Shown here: one piece after another, positions 46,031 to 60,275 of the stretch
How the letters are laid out: every line of letters begins with the position of its first letter
How positions within the stretch are numbered: position 1 is the first letter of the stretch
Source: Eledone cirrhosa
Taxonomy: Eukaryota
Reading direction: 5' to 3'
Length of the DNA: 64,000 bases
Assembly: GCA_964016885.1 (NCBI GenBank)
Contig: OZ024742.1
Span: 43,524,001-43,588,000 of the forward strand
Program-made: the position numbers and the translations under genes
The notes under the pieces: generated by a model
Told to the model about the DNA's origin: nothing
The model's database searches: none
What the model saw: only the letters and a program-made list of their open reading frames with translations

Positions 46031-49000
46031 TGTCTTCATTCTTCTTCTTATTGTTGTTGGAATTATTTTTATTATCATTAGTTATATTTCCATTGTGTGC
46101 TGTCACTACATTACTCAGTGCAGCTCTTGGGTATGTGCAATATTGTTTTTGCTGTTATTTTCATTGTATTGAAAGTACTCTTCATAATCTATGTGCAGTG
46201 CCTAGTAGTACTATTTTCTGTATGCTGTATATATTTGCAAGTCCTGGGGTTTTGGTTATGTATCTGTCTGTGTGTTGTTTCATCATTCTCAGAGTGCCTA
46301 TTATTATAAGGATGGTCTCTGATTTCATCATCCACATTTGGGTTATTTCTATTTCCAGATTATTATTTTATTATTATTGTTGTTTTTATGTGCTGTTTTT
46401 GTTTTCTTAATGTGAGCTCAGTGTGGTTAACAAAGAAACCATTATTATTATTATTGTTGTTGTCATCATCATCATCATCATTGTTAGATTTAAAATGAAA
46501 ATAAAAAAAAATTATGATGATTGCGATGCAAGAATTTATTGTTTTAAAAATTAGTATTTTTTTAACAATTGTTAATTAATTCGTAATAAAATTGCACACA
46601 CACACACCCATACGCCTCACACACAAAAAAAAGACCAAAAATAAAACTGCAAAAAAAAAAAAAACAATTCTACAAAAATAGTGACTCTATTTTAAAATTA
46701 TCATTATTAAATATCTTTTTTTTTTTTTGTTTTTTGCAAAAAAGTGGGTGAAATTCTTAAAACATTTTTAGTGAATGAATCAAAATAATGTACATATAAT
46801 TTTCTTTTGTAAAAATGATAGCAATTAAATACGTGATGATATAGGAACTGATCAGTGCAGACCAAGGAAACACTCTTCCTGTTGGTATTTCCATTGCTGA
46901 TACTATCTGCTGGTTACAACACCTGGCAGAAGGAGGTGCTATTGGAACCCAGAACATACAGAGATGAATTAGATACCTCTAAGCATCCCATCCGACTCCT
47001 TAACAATTCTGTAAATCCATTGCAACTGAACTTGTATTTTATTTATCAACTCTGAAAGGATGAAAGGTAAATTTGTCCTCAGTGGGATTGGGATTTGAAC
47101 TCAGAGTGCAATGAGCCAGACAAATACCAAGGCATTTAATTGCATACATATAAATGCGATGATATGAAGAAGTTTTAAATACTATGACAATTCAGAGGAA
47201 GGAGTGAGGAAAAGGTTAACACTGATTTTCTAAAGTGGTGATTTACAAAGAAAACAAATTTGAAATGTAATTAAAATATGTGTAAGATTGATGGGGATCT
47301 CTGAGTTTGAACATTTTTGTGACATATTTTTAATTTTTAATTTGTCAAAAAAAAACAAAAACAAACAAAAAAAAATATAAAAAAAAAGTTTTTAGATTTT
47401 TTCAAATCTTTTGTGTGCTGTTTAAAGTCATCAATGGGTTAAAGTCATGGGTGGCCAGGATAGGGTGGGGGTGGGGCATTTAAAATTCTGAAATTCTAAG
47501 AACCAAAAACCAAATTAAACAAAAATGTCAAATATGTGTGTTTGTATTTATGAATATATATATATATAAATATACATATATATATATTTTTTTAAAAACA
47601 TATATATAAATATATATGTATTTATATATTAAACAAATATATAAATGTATGGGTGTGTGTGTTGGAATTATGAAATGGTTTTTAAATTGGATTATCACTA
47701 CAAATATAATTTTATTACAGATTCTCTTAAATAATAGTCATAATAATAATATCATTGATGAACTGCTAGATACATGAATAGAAATTTTGATTAAAAACAC
47801 AAAAACGTTTTAATTTAAAAAAAAACTAGTAAAAATTGAAAAGAAGCAAATTTTTAAAACTAGAGAGACTAAGATTTGAAATAGACGAAATGGAATTTGA
47901 AATCTAATTGTAATTCAATTTAAACATTCCAAATCTGATTTTAAATTGATTAAATAATAAAATTGTATTTCCAACTATATGAAATCGGAAATTTCAGTTT
48001 TCGATTTCACATCAAACCTTTATTAACCCTTTTGATACCAACTCACCTAAAGCTACTTCTGATTTTCTGTAGCAATTTTGTCAATTTTAAAGGTCTCCTA
48101 CATAAAATAAAATCTTCCAGCATAATTCGATATAAGAAACATTTGTTCAGTCTTGTTAAAAAGGTAAAGAAAATATTCAATCATCAGATCAGACCAAGGA
48201 AACTACATTTCCATTAGTCTTATTAATGCAGATACTACCCACCAGTCACAATTCCTGACGGAAGAGCACCAATTTTGTGGTGACAGGTGACAGAATTTGT
48301 ACTCAGAATATTAAGTGTCAGAACATATACCACAAGGCATTTTATCAAATGCTTTAACATTTCTGCTAATCCCCTGCCCTTGAACTGGAACTTTATTTAC
48401 TGAACACCAAAAGGACAAAAGGCAAAGGTGTCCTCAGCAAGATTTGAAGTGAGTGCAAGGAGCCAGAATAAAAGCTGCAATGCATTTAACCCAATGCTCT
48501 AATGATTTGCTGCCTTATGTCCTAAATACCATCCTTTTTAATGAAATATGTAATAATTTTAGTAAATCCCTCAAATTTTTTATTAACTAATTCAAAGTTA
48601 GTTTGTTCTATGAAAATACCATAAGGAAATTGAAAATTTCAAACCGATAACAAAGAAAAAGAAAAGAAAAATCAAAATTTCTATTCTTGTATTGATCATC
48701 ACCATCTTATTATTATCAATTATATTAAGTATTTTCATGATTGAATAAAAAATTTAGTAACTAGCTATTAATATTCAAAATTTTCAAGAAATAATGTTAT
48801 AGTCATTTTTCAAAACTTATGGTTTGTACACAACTTCAAATATTCATAAAAGCAATTACTAAAAAGATGGAGCAAATTTCTATAAAACAATTTGTGGCTG
48901 TGAGGCTCTTCTTCTTTTCCCCCTCCTTCTTATGTCTACTTATATTGGACACAGTGACACATATTGTTACTTATCAGCAAAATTTCCTCTGATTCTTTCC

Positions 49001-49059
49001 AATCACTGAGTGGAACATCTGATACTTTGAGCAAATATATTATAAGTTGAAAGCTACTG

Positions 49060-49680
49060 CAACAAAAGTTTGAAATGCACGGCAACATTTTAAAGCACAT
49101 AACATCATTTTGATGCATATGGCAACATTTTAATGAGCATGGCAAAATGCTGATGTGCACAGCAACATTTTGAAGTGCACAACAACATTTTAATGTGCAC
49201 GGAAACATTTTGAAGTGCATGGCAAATATTTTATGTGCACAGCAACATTTTGATGCATATGGTAACATTTTGATGTGCATGGCAAAAGTTTTATGTGCAC
49301 AGCAACATTTTAATGTGCATGGCAACATTTTGATGCATGTGTTAACATTGTTATGTATATGGCAACAATTTGATGTGTATGGCAAAATTTTATGTGCACA
49401 GCAACATTTTGAAGTGCATGGCAATACTTTGATGCATATGGCAAAATGTTGATGTGTACAGTAACATTTTATTAACTGCAGCAACATTTGATGTGCATGG
49501 CTCCATTTTTATAACTGCAGTGACATTTTTTTGTCCACTGAAACATTTTGATGTGCACAACAATGTTTTCTTATGTGCAATAAAATTTTGATGCATGCTG
49601 TAATGTTTTTATGTATGTGGAAACATTTCAAAGCTACAGAGTAACAACATTTTCGTGTGTGTGGCAACATTTTGTTGTTT
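49060..49680. repeat. Minisatellite, ~20-bp unit gcaacattttgatgtgcatg
   Basis: Roughly 30 degenerate tandem copies. Confidence 0.9.
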
Positions 49681-50978
49681 GTGGCACCAATACAGTGACT
49701 GCATGGCTACACATCTGCACAATTTAGAAAAAACATTGCTTATAGGATTTGTGATATTCCATCATTGGCTTTCAAAACTAATAATACCTGGATGATATCA
49801 CTGCTATTCACAGGATCACTATGGTTGTTCAAATTTACACCCTCATTTACTCTTAAACTGCAAGTAGCTCTCAGAAAATTTATTTGACGTTCTCAACTGT
49901 AGTCCTTTGCTTGGAGAAGCCTAGGAGACACCAGTGCCAGTCAATTAAATTGACTGAGTACTAGACTGGTACTTTATTTTATCAACCTCAGAAGGATGAA
50001 AAACAAAGTTAACTTTGGAAAGACTTGAATTCAAAATGTAAAGTGCTGGAACAAAATACCTCAAACAGTTTGTCCAAATGTTGTAATGATTTTGTCAATC
50101 CACCACCTATTTTGAGATTAAAGGTGCTAAAATTCTTCAGCTGAAAACTACAAGTTCAGAGCCTACTTTAGTACAACAGCCATTATTGTTTGTGCATCTG
50201 AGGAAGGCATAACTCTGTTGCAGTCAGTTTGTTTAACTGAGACTGACTGGTTGACCAACAGATACATACCCCACCTCTCCTCCTACATCACAGTTAAATG
50301 CTTTAACCATAGAAAGAGAAAGAGATATTCTTTGCTGTAACATAAAAAAAACAAATAAATAATACAGATGCTCCAGGTATATGTCAATGCCTAAATTTGT
50401 CCAAAAAAAGTTGAAAAAGAAATTTCATCCATCTTTAAAAAAAAAAAGACAGTTGTAAAACAGCCAATATATATACATATATATATATTGCAAGTCATTA
50501 GTTTTTTAAAAGGCTATTTCTAATGAAAGGGATTTAAAAATCTAATACTAACAAACATTATTTTAAAAAAAAAGCTCTTTAACTCCGAGATTCTAATCTA
50601 TATAGATTATTCAATTCGCTAGAATGTTTTAATCTATGAATAAGGAATTGAAAATGTTTGGTTTTTTTTTTTTCATTTATGTGAGAGATATGTGGGAAAA
50701 AAACAAAAAACACCCTCATTTCAAATATATTTTGGTTGCCAAGGAGTGTATTTTCTGATGTCAATTTAACATTTAGCTCTTTAACAAATTCCCTAGTCTT
50801 TTGAATAATGGACCACACAAAGCAAGCAAAGGATCTGTAATGTTTATTAATCTGTTCAGTATATTCCTCAATAAACTCTCACTACTTTACGTTTCGGTGG
50901 GGATAGGGTCACAGGAGCCAGCTGTGTAGAAGAATATTTGTGCAGTTGCTCGAACCAATTAATATATAGCAGCCAACT

Positions 50979-51184
50979 TTAACCCTTTAGCATTCACATT
51001 ATTCTATATATACTATTATTATATTTTCATGGTAAAGGCTTTACCTCACATAATATCGAATCTGAGATTTTGAAAGTATTTATTTTGAGAACAATACCTT
51101 AACATCAGTTTGAGTGACCAGTTACAGCCAGTTTCAACAGAAAAAGGTAGGGAATTCTGGCCGGTTTGAACATTAAAGGGTTAA
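50979..51184. mobile_element. piggyBac-type MITE
   Basis: TTAA-ccctttagcatt...cattaaaggg-TTAA; reverse orientation relative to 62457-62672. Confidence 0.85.
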
Positions 51185-51469
51185 CATACCCCACCACCAC
51201 CACCACCACCAACAACAACAACACTACTAAACAAATTTTTTCCACTACCATCTGAAAAATGAACCACCGAGAAAGAATCTATTTCTTCTAGATGCTACAC
51301 CAACTCATATAAAGTTTCAAAATAAGGATTGATATACAATTGTAAATAAGGAAGGCAAAAATCAACCCTGTTAGATTTTGAACTTTGAATGCAAAGAGAT
51401 GTGATAAAATACCACAAGGTATTTTGTCTGGTATTCAACTAATTCTGCAAACCTATCATCATTATCATA

Positions 51470-52560
51470 AGAATAATTTGTACTTTAGGCACAAGGCCAG
51501 CAATTTGAGGAGAGGGGAAAGTTGATTAAATGAACCCTAGTGCATTACTGGTGCTTTATTTTATCGACCCCGTAAGGATGAAAAGCAAAGTTAACCTCGG
51601 CGGAATTTGAACTCAGAATGTAAAGGGCCATAACTATATATCACGAAACATTTTATCTGATGCTCTTCAGATACTGCCAATCCACTGCACTTATAATAAT
51701 AATAATGTTTCTATTTTTGGCACAAGGCCAGCAATTACCCAGTGCATTACTGGTACTTTATTTTAATAATAATTGTTTCTACTTTAGGCACAAGGCCAGC
51801 AATTATCCAGTACATTACTGGTACTTTATTTTAATAATAATTGTTTCTACTTTAGGCACAAGGCCAGCAATTATCCAGTACATTACTGGTACTTTATTTT
51901 ATCGACCCCGTAAGGATGAAAGGCAAAGTTAACCTTGGCAGGATTTGAACTCAGACCGTAAAGGGACGTAACTATGCTAGAAAGCATGGCGTCCAACCCT
52001 CTACCGATACTGCCAATTCACCGCCTTCTTTATTTTAATAATAATGTTTCTATTTTTGGCACAAGGCCAGCAATTACCCCCCCCCCCCCCCCCCGTGCAT
52101 TATTTTGTTGACCCCTAATAATAATAGTTTCTGATTAAGGCGCAAGGCCAACAATTTTGGGGAGAGGGGAAAGTCGATTAAATCGATCACAGTTCATTAC
52201 TGATACTTTATTTTATCGACCCTGTAAGGATGAATAGCAAAGCTAACCTCAGCAGAATTTGAACTCAGAACGTAAAGGGCCATAACTCAACGCTACAAAG
52301 CATGTCCGACGCTCTACCGATACTGCCAATCAATCTACCACCCTAATAATGATTTCTTATATAGGCACAAGGCCAGCAATTTTGGGGGAGGGGAAAGTCG
52401 ATTAAATTGACCCCAGTGCGTGACTGGTATTTTATTTTATCGACCCTGTAAGGATGAAAGGCAAAGTTAACCTCGGCGGTATTTGAACTCAGAACGCAAA
52501 GGGCCATAACTGTATGCCTTAAAGCATGTCCGACGCTCTACCGATACTGTCAATCCACCA
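51470..52560 (-). mobile_element. Dense head-to-tail SINE array including tandem duplicated 3' ends
   Basis: About 4 near-complete SINE bodies plus short 3'-end copies, including a triplicated ~60-bp end at 51700-51900. Confidence 0.9.
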
Positions 52561-52619
52561 CCCTAATAGTAATGATAACTGTTTCTACTTTTATTATAAT
52601 AATGATAATAATAAAAATA

Positions 52620-53110
52620 ACACTTGACCATATAATATCAGGATGTCCCACACTAGCACCAACTGAATATAAGATTAGACATGTTAGGGTAGGGTAATAT
52701 ATCCACTGGATAATATGCAAAAAATACAATGCAGAACATGCAGAAAACTGGTATGAGCACAAACCACAATCAGAAACTGAGACTGAAGGAGCAACAATTA
52801 ATGCAAACTGACCTGATATTATTATTAAAGATTTAAAAAACAAGACCTGCTTACTCATTGACATGACTGTACCTCCTGATAGAAATGCATCAGCAAAAGA
52901 GTATGAGAAACTTGATAAATATAAAGATCTAGAAATTGAGATAAACAGAATGCGGTATCTCAAAACATAAACTATTCTGATAGCCATAGGAGCTCTAGAT
53001 GTCATAAAGAAAGGTGTTCTCTAGAAAATATACCTGGTAAACCTAGCATATATGAAATCCAAAAGATAGTTCTAACAAGTACCAACCACATACTTTGTAA
53101 ATTTTTGTCT
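52620..53110 (+). mobile_element. Dong/R4-like LINE 3' fragment
   Basis: HIISGCPTLAPTEYKIRH..VG.YIHW..C; PDIIIKDLKNKTCLLIDMTVP.D....KE.EKL.KYKDLEIE. Confidence 0.85.
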
Positions 53111-53519
53111 TTATAATATATCTCAACACAATCTTTTCTGCTTAATTTTCATGGTAAATTTAATTAATATTTAATAGCATTCAAAAATCCTTAATGCAAA
53201 ATTAATCCATATTTTTTACTCCTTAATACTTCTTTCTATTTCCTACCTTTTATATTGTCTCATTTAAAAAAAAAAAATTATTTATTTATCAACTTTTGTG
53301 ATGTGACTTGTTAGGTGAATGTGAGGACAGAACAAAACAGAAAAAAAAAAGCTACTGAAAACTGTCAAAACCAACAATGCCTGCCCTAAGTATCTAGTTG
53401 ATACTCCATAGTATTGCACATAAAGCGAAATCAAAGGAAAATACAACAACAACAACAGTAATAATAAACAAACTTTCCAATTAAATAACATCAATGACTG
53501 AGTCTCCAAGAATAATAAT

Positions 53520-54625
53520 AATAATTGTTTCTACTTTTGGCACAAGGCCAGCAATTACCCCAGTACATTACTGGTACTTTATTTTATCGACCCCGTAAGG
53601 ATGGAAGGCAAAGTTAACCTCGGCGGAATTTGAACTCAGAATGGCAAGGGCCGTAACTCTATGCGTTAAAGCATGGTGTCCGATCCTCTACCGATACTGC
53701 CAATAATGTTTTTAATTTAGGCACAAAAGCCAACAATTTGAGGAGAAAAGAAAGTTGATTAGATTGACACCAGTATTTCACTGGTACTTTATTTTATCAA
53801 CCTTAGAAGGATGAAAGGCAAAGTTGACTTTGCTGGTGGGATTTGAACTCAGAACAAAGAGCTGAAACAATTATCATAATGGATTTGTTCAACATTCTAA
53901 GGATTCTGTGAAGATTTCTAAGTGAGGCATGAGGCCACAGGTTTTGTGCGATGAGGACAATCGATTAACTCGATCTGGAAGGATGAACGGTATAGTTGTC
54001 AATCTTGGAGAATTTGAACTTGGAACATAATGAAACACCACAGGGCCTTTAATCAATTGATCTAGCACTTCACCAATATAATGCCATAATATGTATGTAT
54101 GGACCCATAACTCCAGATGGATTTGTAGGGACGCCATAGTAACATACAGCATGCATTTTTAAGCCTGGTGGAGCCCATCCCCTCTCCAGGTCTCAACACA
54201 GCCGATATTTTCCAGAAAAAGAGAAAGAAAGAGTGATAAAGAGGAAGTGAGAACAAAAGATATAAAGGAAGAATTGACCCCAGCACTGGATTGGTACTTT
54301 TTTTATTCACCTTGAAAGTATAAAAGGCAAAGCTGACCTTGACAGGTTTTGAACTTAGAGAGCAGAGAGCTGGAATGAATACCACAAAGCATTCTATCTG
54401 ATGCTCAAATGACTGCCAATTTGCCACCTATACTGCCATAATAATAGTATTAATAATAATTGTTTCTGATTTAGGCACAAGACCAACAATTTTGGCGGGA
54501 GGGGAAAGTCGATTAATCGACTCCAGTGCATTACTGGTGCTTTATTTATCGACCCCATAAGGAAGAAGGGCAAAGCTAACCATAACAGGGTTTGAACTCA
54601 GAACGTAAAGGGACATAACTATATG
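53520..54625 (-). mobile_element. SINE cluster
   Basis: Several copies of the same SINE central domain and B-box. Confidence 0.8.
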
Positions 54626-54744
54626 CTACCAAGCATGACTGATACTATTTTAGCAATCCCAGAAAGATGAAAGGATTGTGGTATGTGTAATCGAGTTGAT
54701 CTGGTGGTATGTGTGCCAGATGAACTAGTGGTATGTGAAAAACC

Positions 54745-55440
54745 AGAAATAGACTGAGAAACATCAGGTGATATAATCCTCCATTCAAATTAGCTGGGTT
54801 TAATATAAAAGCCAGATGATTTTTACACCTACTTACAAAATACTTTCACCCACAACATAGATATTATAGAATGTTTTATCAGTGTACCATAAAACTATCT
54901 TATTCTACTATACTTAATTTTGCACAAACCCTAGCTTCTTCTAACCCATACAAAACATATTCTACTAACAATGGTAAATTCACCAGTAATACCTACAGTA
55001 ATTGTATAAATTCTACTCTGCTTTTTAGACTCAAAATACTTAGGTAATGATATAGTTTACCAATACAATCTTACCTCTAACAACTCAAAACACAAATATA
55101 TAGGATTAACTTCCACTCCATTCAGATTATGCTATAATAATCTCCACACAAACACACATTCAGGAATCCTAATAAGAAAAAATGAAACTTAACTCTCTAA
55201 ATTATTAACTACACACTAAAATGAAACAGTATCTAGGGGCAAGTTTTATACCGGTAACAAGAGACCATACAATTTATGCACTATGGAGAGCATAGCTATT
55301 CTATTTGTTAAAACCAATATCATAAACACAATGAAAAGATTTCATTTTGTACATATATGCTTCGAAAATCTATCTTTACAACAAACCCGGAACACAACCT
55401 TATATATAACAAGGCTTATACTTGCTTGGGAATAAACAAA
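54745..55440 (+). mobile_element. Degenerate Penelope-like element C-terminal region (GIY-YIG)
   Basis: Broken frames read YNPPF...FLHLLTKYF, NDIVYQ, KYIGLTSTPF, and YNLCTME..IL...IN. Confidence 0.6.
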
Positions 55441-55554
55441 ATCACACACACACACACACATATATATGTAAAAAGTAAGCAGAAATAACAAAGCAAATGA
55501 TACAGTACAATGAAGAAATATATTAATTTAACGCTTGAAATAATAGGAAAAGAG

Positions 55555-55590
55555 TCTTAACGTTTCGGACACTAGTCTTTCATCAGAAGA
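55555..55590 (-). ncRNA. Minimal type I hammerhead ribozyme
   Basis: Minus strand: tctt-CTGATGA-aagac-tagt-gtcc-GAAA-cg-TT-aaga, the classic PLE minimal hammerhead pattern. Confidence 0.65.
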
Positions 55591-56349
55591 TAGAATGAGA
55601 AATAAATGATGGAATAGAAAGATAAAGAGTGAGAAAAAAAACGGACAAAAAACAACAACCCACATGTGTATTCAATCAGCCATATAATACAAATGCACAG
55701 TTTATATTGGTTGCTAATAAAAGAGTGTAGGATATACACTTCAAATTAGATGATTTGATTGATGACTTCTAGTCATTCCTGAGAATCTGGTTCAATATTT
55801 ACTCCAGTACTAGTGAGTGGTAGTACATGGAGACAAGGGAAATGCATAGAAGATTATGGTCCCAAATATGGAATGTATTAGGGCAGTGGTTCTCATGGAT
55901 GGGGGGGGGGGGGCTGCGGGGACTGTGAAGGGGAAAACAAAATGCCATATTTGATAAAATTAAGATGGTATTTATAGCCATAATTCCATTATAATATAGT
56001 GATGGATTCTCTGTCAGTTTCGAAGATGAGCTCTCTGTCAGTTTTGAAGAAGAGCTATCTGTCATTCAATCAATTGCACAAGTAGCTCATGAATTAATGT
56101 GTAAGTGGCTGAGTATTCCACAGACTCATGTACCTTTAATGTAAATTCCCAAGCTGAATCAGTATGAAACAATATGAGACAAGGTTGAATTTTTGAATTA
56201 CAGGTACAGTCAATCCATTAGGCTTCCACAGTTTCCAGCTACCTAATTTCATTCACAGGACTTTGGTCGAGCCGAGACTACAGTAAAGTCACTTGCTGGA
56301 GAAGCAACATTGTGGGATCAGAACTAAAGTGCTAATTAATACACACACA

Positions 56350-57650
56350 CATACAGATGCCCTCTTCTTAGTGAGGCAACTACAAGAGAAGTTCCTAGCC
56401 AAGAATAAGCCACTATATTTAGCTATTGTTGATCTAGAAAAGGCCTTTGGCAGAGTACCTTGATTTATTATCTGGTGGGCCGTAAGGAAATTAGGTGTAG
56501 AAGAATGGCTTGTGAGGGCAGTGCAAGCCATGTACAGAGGAGCTGTCAGTAAAGTGAAAGTACGAAATGAGTTTAGTGAGGAATTCAAGGTACAGGTAGG
56601 AGTTCATCAAAGTTTGGTTCTTTGCCTACTGCTGATCATCATAGTTCTCCAGGCCATAACAGAAAAGTTTAAAACTGACCATCCATGCAAACTTCTCCAT
56701 GTAGATGATCTGGTCCTTATAGCCAAATCCATAAAAGAACTAGAAAATAAGTTCTGACTATGAACACAGAATTTGGAGTCAGAGTAACCTTAGTCAAGGG
56801 TCTCAGAGTAAACTTAGTCAAAACTAAAGAGTTAGTGAGTAGAAGATAGGACAGGACCCAGATTCCTTCAGGTAAGTGGTCCTACTCCATATGTAGAAAA
56901 GGAATAGGCATAAACTCCATACAGTGTACACAATATAAATACTGAGTGGTATAATGGGTAGACTAACAGGAAAGGAAGACTTTGTATGTAGAAGATACAC
57001 AGGGGTAATCAAGGGTAGAGTGTCAGTGATATAAACCTCTTCAAGTCACTGGAAAGGTCCATAGAAGTAGTTTATAGCTTCTACTATCTAGGTAACTTGA
57101 TTAACAGCAGAGGAGAGTGCTCTGAGAGCATAATAGCTAAAATAGGGATAGGATGGAATAAATTTAGAGAGCTACCCCCACTGTTGACAACAAAAGGTTT
57201 CTTTCTGTATGCAAAGTGCAATGCTGCATGGTAGTGAAACATTGGCAGTGACTGCAGAAGACATGTGTAGACTGGAGAGAAATGAAACAGCCATGCTTTG
57301 TTGGATGTGCAATGTAAATATAAGAGAGGCAGAGCTTGGATGAACTGAGGGAAAACCTGGATTTAAGAGGAATCCAAGATGGTGCACAGGAAAGAAGACT
57401 GCATTGGTATGGACATGTGATGTGCATGGATGATGATCGATGGGTGAAGAAGTGCCAGGAAATGACTGGAAGAAATCCACAGTTGAGGTAGACCAAGAAA
57501 GACCTGGACAGAGGTGGTAAGAGCTGAACTCAAATTGCTGAGACTCACAGAGAAGATGATGAAGAAACACAGCAAATAAAGAGATGCTGTACTGAGAAGG
57601 ACCCATGCAAGCATGGAAATATGGATGTAAAAATGATGATAATGATGAGG
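56350..57650 (+). mobile_element. RTE-clade LINE fragment (RT to 3' end) with (gat)n tail; a second 3' end lies at 57660-57910
   Basis: FLVRQLQEKFLAKNKPLYLAIVDLEKAFGRVP...VQVGVHQ...LLHVDDLVLIA...RPRKTW. Confidence 0.85.
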
Positions 57651-58249
57651 ATGATATATGCTAGGAATTCCCTGTGGAAAGAAACTGCTGTAGAGGACGA
57701 CCAAGAAAAGTCTGGGCAGAATTGGTAAGAGTGGATTTCAAAACACAGAACCTCAGAAAAGAGATGAGAAAAGAACACAAGTAGAGGGAAGCTGTGCTCG
57801 AAAAGACCTGTCCAACCCAAGAAAGCGGAAAAAATCCCCAGATGTAAAAGGATGTTGATGATGATGAGGAGGAGGATGATGAATATGATGATGATAATGA
57901 TGATGATGGCAATGATATAAACTGCTTTGTGATCAGGGACAATATAGGGTAGAAAGGACTCTTCAATTTGGCCAAGTATATAAGAACCATTAAATGGTCG
58001 GCATTAGGAAGGATATCCAAGCATAGAAACCATGCCAAAATATGAAACATGAACAAGATATGGTTCCCTGATAGTATCAGATCATGACAACCCATCTAGC
58101 CTGTTCTAGCATGGAAAGTGGCCATAAAATGATGATAATGGTAATGATGATGTTGATGAGGATGATTAAGGGAGTAATTTAACTCCAAAGAGATCATTTC
58201 TATTTTTGAACAATAATAAATATTCCTTACAATGGTACAAGACCTCAAA

Positions 58250-59170
58250 GTTTAAGGAAAATAGGGGGTATAAATAGTTAATTGCATTGATACCAACCAG
58301 TATAATACTGGTAGTTATGCCTCCCAGATGCTGGAGGTATGAAAGACAAAATTGCCTTTGGTAGAATTTGAACCCCTGAAGTCATAACAGACTGCGAGGA
58401 GGATGGCAGTGAATACTGAAAATAATTTAGTCTGACCTTCTACTATTTAGCCTACCACTACACAGTTAACATTTTAAAAAAATCTTTCTGACTTTGGTGA
58501 AAGGCCAGCAATTTGGGAGAAGAGGAAGGTTGATTATATTGGCCCTAGTTCTTTACTGGTTCTTTATTTTATTGATCTCCAAAAGTATGAAAGGCAAAAC
58601 TGACCACAGTGAGATTTAAAATCAAAATATAAAGAGCCATAATTAAATGCAGCAAGGAATAATTTTGTCCAATGCCATATCAATTTTGCCAATCCACAAT
58701 GATGATGATGAAGATAATAATAATGATTTCTGATTTAGGCACAAAGCCAACAATTTGAAGGGAGGAGAAAGTCGATTAAATCAACCCCAGTACTTACTGG
58801 TACTTTATTTTATCGACTCAGTAAGGATGAAAGGCAAAGCTAACAATTGCGAGATTTGAACTCAGAACGTAAAGGGTCATAACTCTCTGCCGCGAAGCAG
58901 GGTGTCCGGCACTCTACCAATACTGTCAATCCACTGCAATAATAATAATAAGAAGAAGAAGAATGATTTCTGGTTTAGGCACAAGGCCAACAATTTTTGG
59001 GAGTCAAATTAACTCCAGTACTTCACTGGTACTTCATTTTATTGAACTTGGGAGGATGAATGGCAAAGTTGACCTCTGCATGATTTGAACACATGAAGTA
59101 AAAGGATACAACTAAATACAGTGTAATAGTTTATATAGTAGCACTCTTGAAATTCTGCTATCCACCATCC
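58250..59170 (-). mobile_element. SINE cluster
   Basis: About 4 diverged copies of the SINE, all in minus orientation. Confidence 0.75.
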
Positions 59171-60058
59171 TAAATATGATTTCTAATAGAGGCAGTGGAC
59201 CAAAAATGTTGATGAAGGGAGACAATCAACCCTAGTAGCTAATGAAAATAGTGATAATTAGTTAATGATGGTGATTGAGGGGGTGGGTGCCAATGTGATT
59301 GTTTCATTGATGATATATATATATGCATGTAAGTATATATATATATATATATGTTTAGATTTGAATGTATATATCTATTATATATATATGAGTATATATG
59401 TTTATATATATGTGTGTATATATATATATATATGTATTTATATATTTACATATATATATATCATCATCATCATCATCGTTTAACGTCCATCTTCCATGCT
59501 TGCATGGGTTATATATATATATATACAGTCCTATACGAGCGAGACACGGTCACCCGACCAATCTTGCCTCAAGTGGGACAATTCCCATCTAAACCCATGC
59601 TAGCGTGGAAGGTAGACGTTAGATGATGATATACATATACACACGTGTATATATATATAACATTTTTTCCCTAATAATTACAATTATTGATTTTGATTCA
59701 ATATTTGATGAATTAATGATATGAAAAGTGGGTCTATGCATTGGTTGGGTCAGTCATTTAGTAGACGTCCTTGCTTGGGCTGTAGCAAAGTGGTGGTGGT
59801 GGTTTGAAGTAGGAGATATCAAGGAGTTTAGATAGGAAGCAGAACCTTTCCTTTTAAAGAGCTAACCTGATTGCTGCCACACCACAAAGTGTGAGCTATA
59901 TTGACAGTCAGGACCTAGTTTGGCATCATTACATGTTTTGTGTGGACCCTATAATGACAGATTTTACCAGAGGGGCATGAATAAGGAGTTGTGGGGTTGG
60001 TTGGTGGTCGATTGTATTGCTGTGATGCAATCATGTTTATTTGTTATGACTGTATGTG

Positions 60059-60089
<31 letters not shown>

Positions 60090-60275
60090 GCATACACATA
60101 CACATATGTGTGTGTGCGCATGGGCTTGTGCGTGTCTGTGCATATGCATGTGTTTGTGCATATGTGTGTGTGTGCGTGTGGTATTGTCCAAAGATTTTCT
60201 GTTTTACCTTCTTCCTCTTATCACAACTGCATATATTTCATATATATTAAATATTTAGTAAATTTCTACTACAAG

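Noticed and set aside
48936-49596. Cys/His-rich repetitive ORFs
   Set aside because: Translations of a ~20-bp minisatellite whose unit length is not a consistent multiple of 3.
50579-50880. Protein-like minus-strand ORF (EFIEEYTEQINKHYRSFACFVWSIIQK...)
   Set aside because: No recognisable family and no convincing flanking splice sites.
51470-52560. Repeat-spacer-like pattern resembling a CRISPR array
   Set aside because: The units are SINE bodies and tails in a eukaryotic context, with no unique regular spacers and no cas genes.
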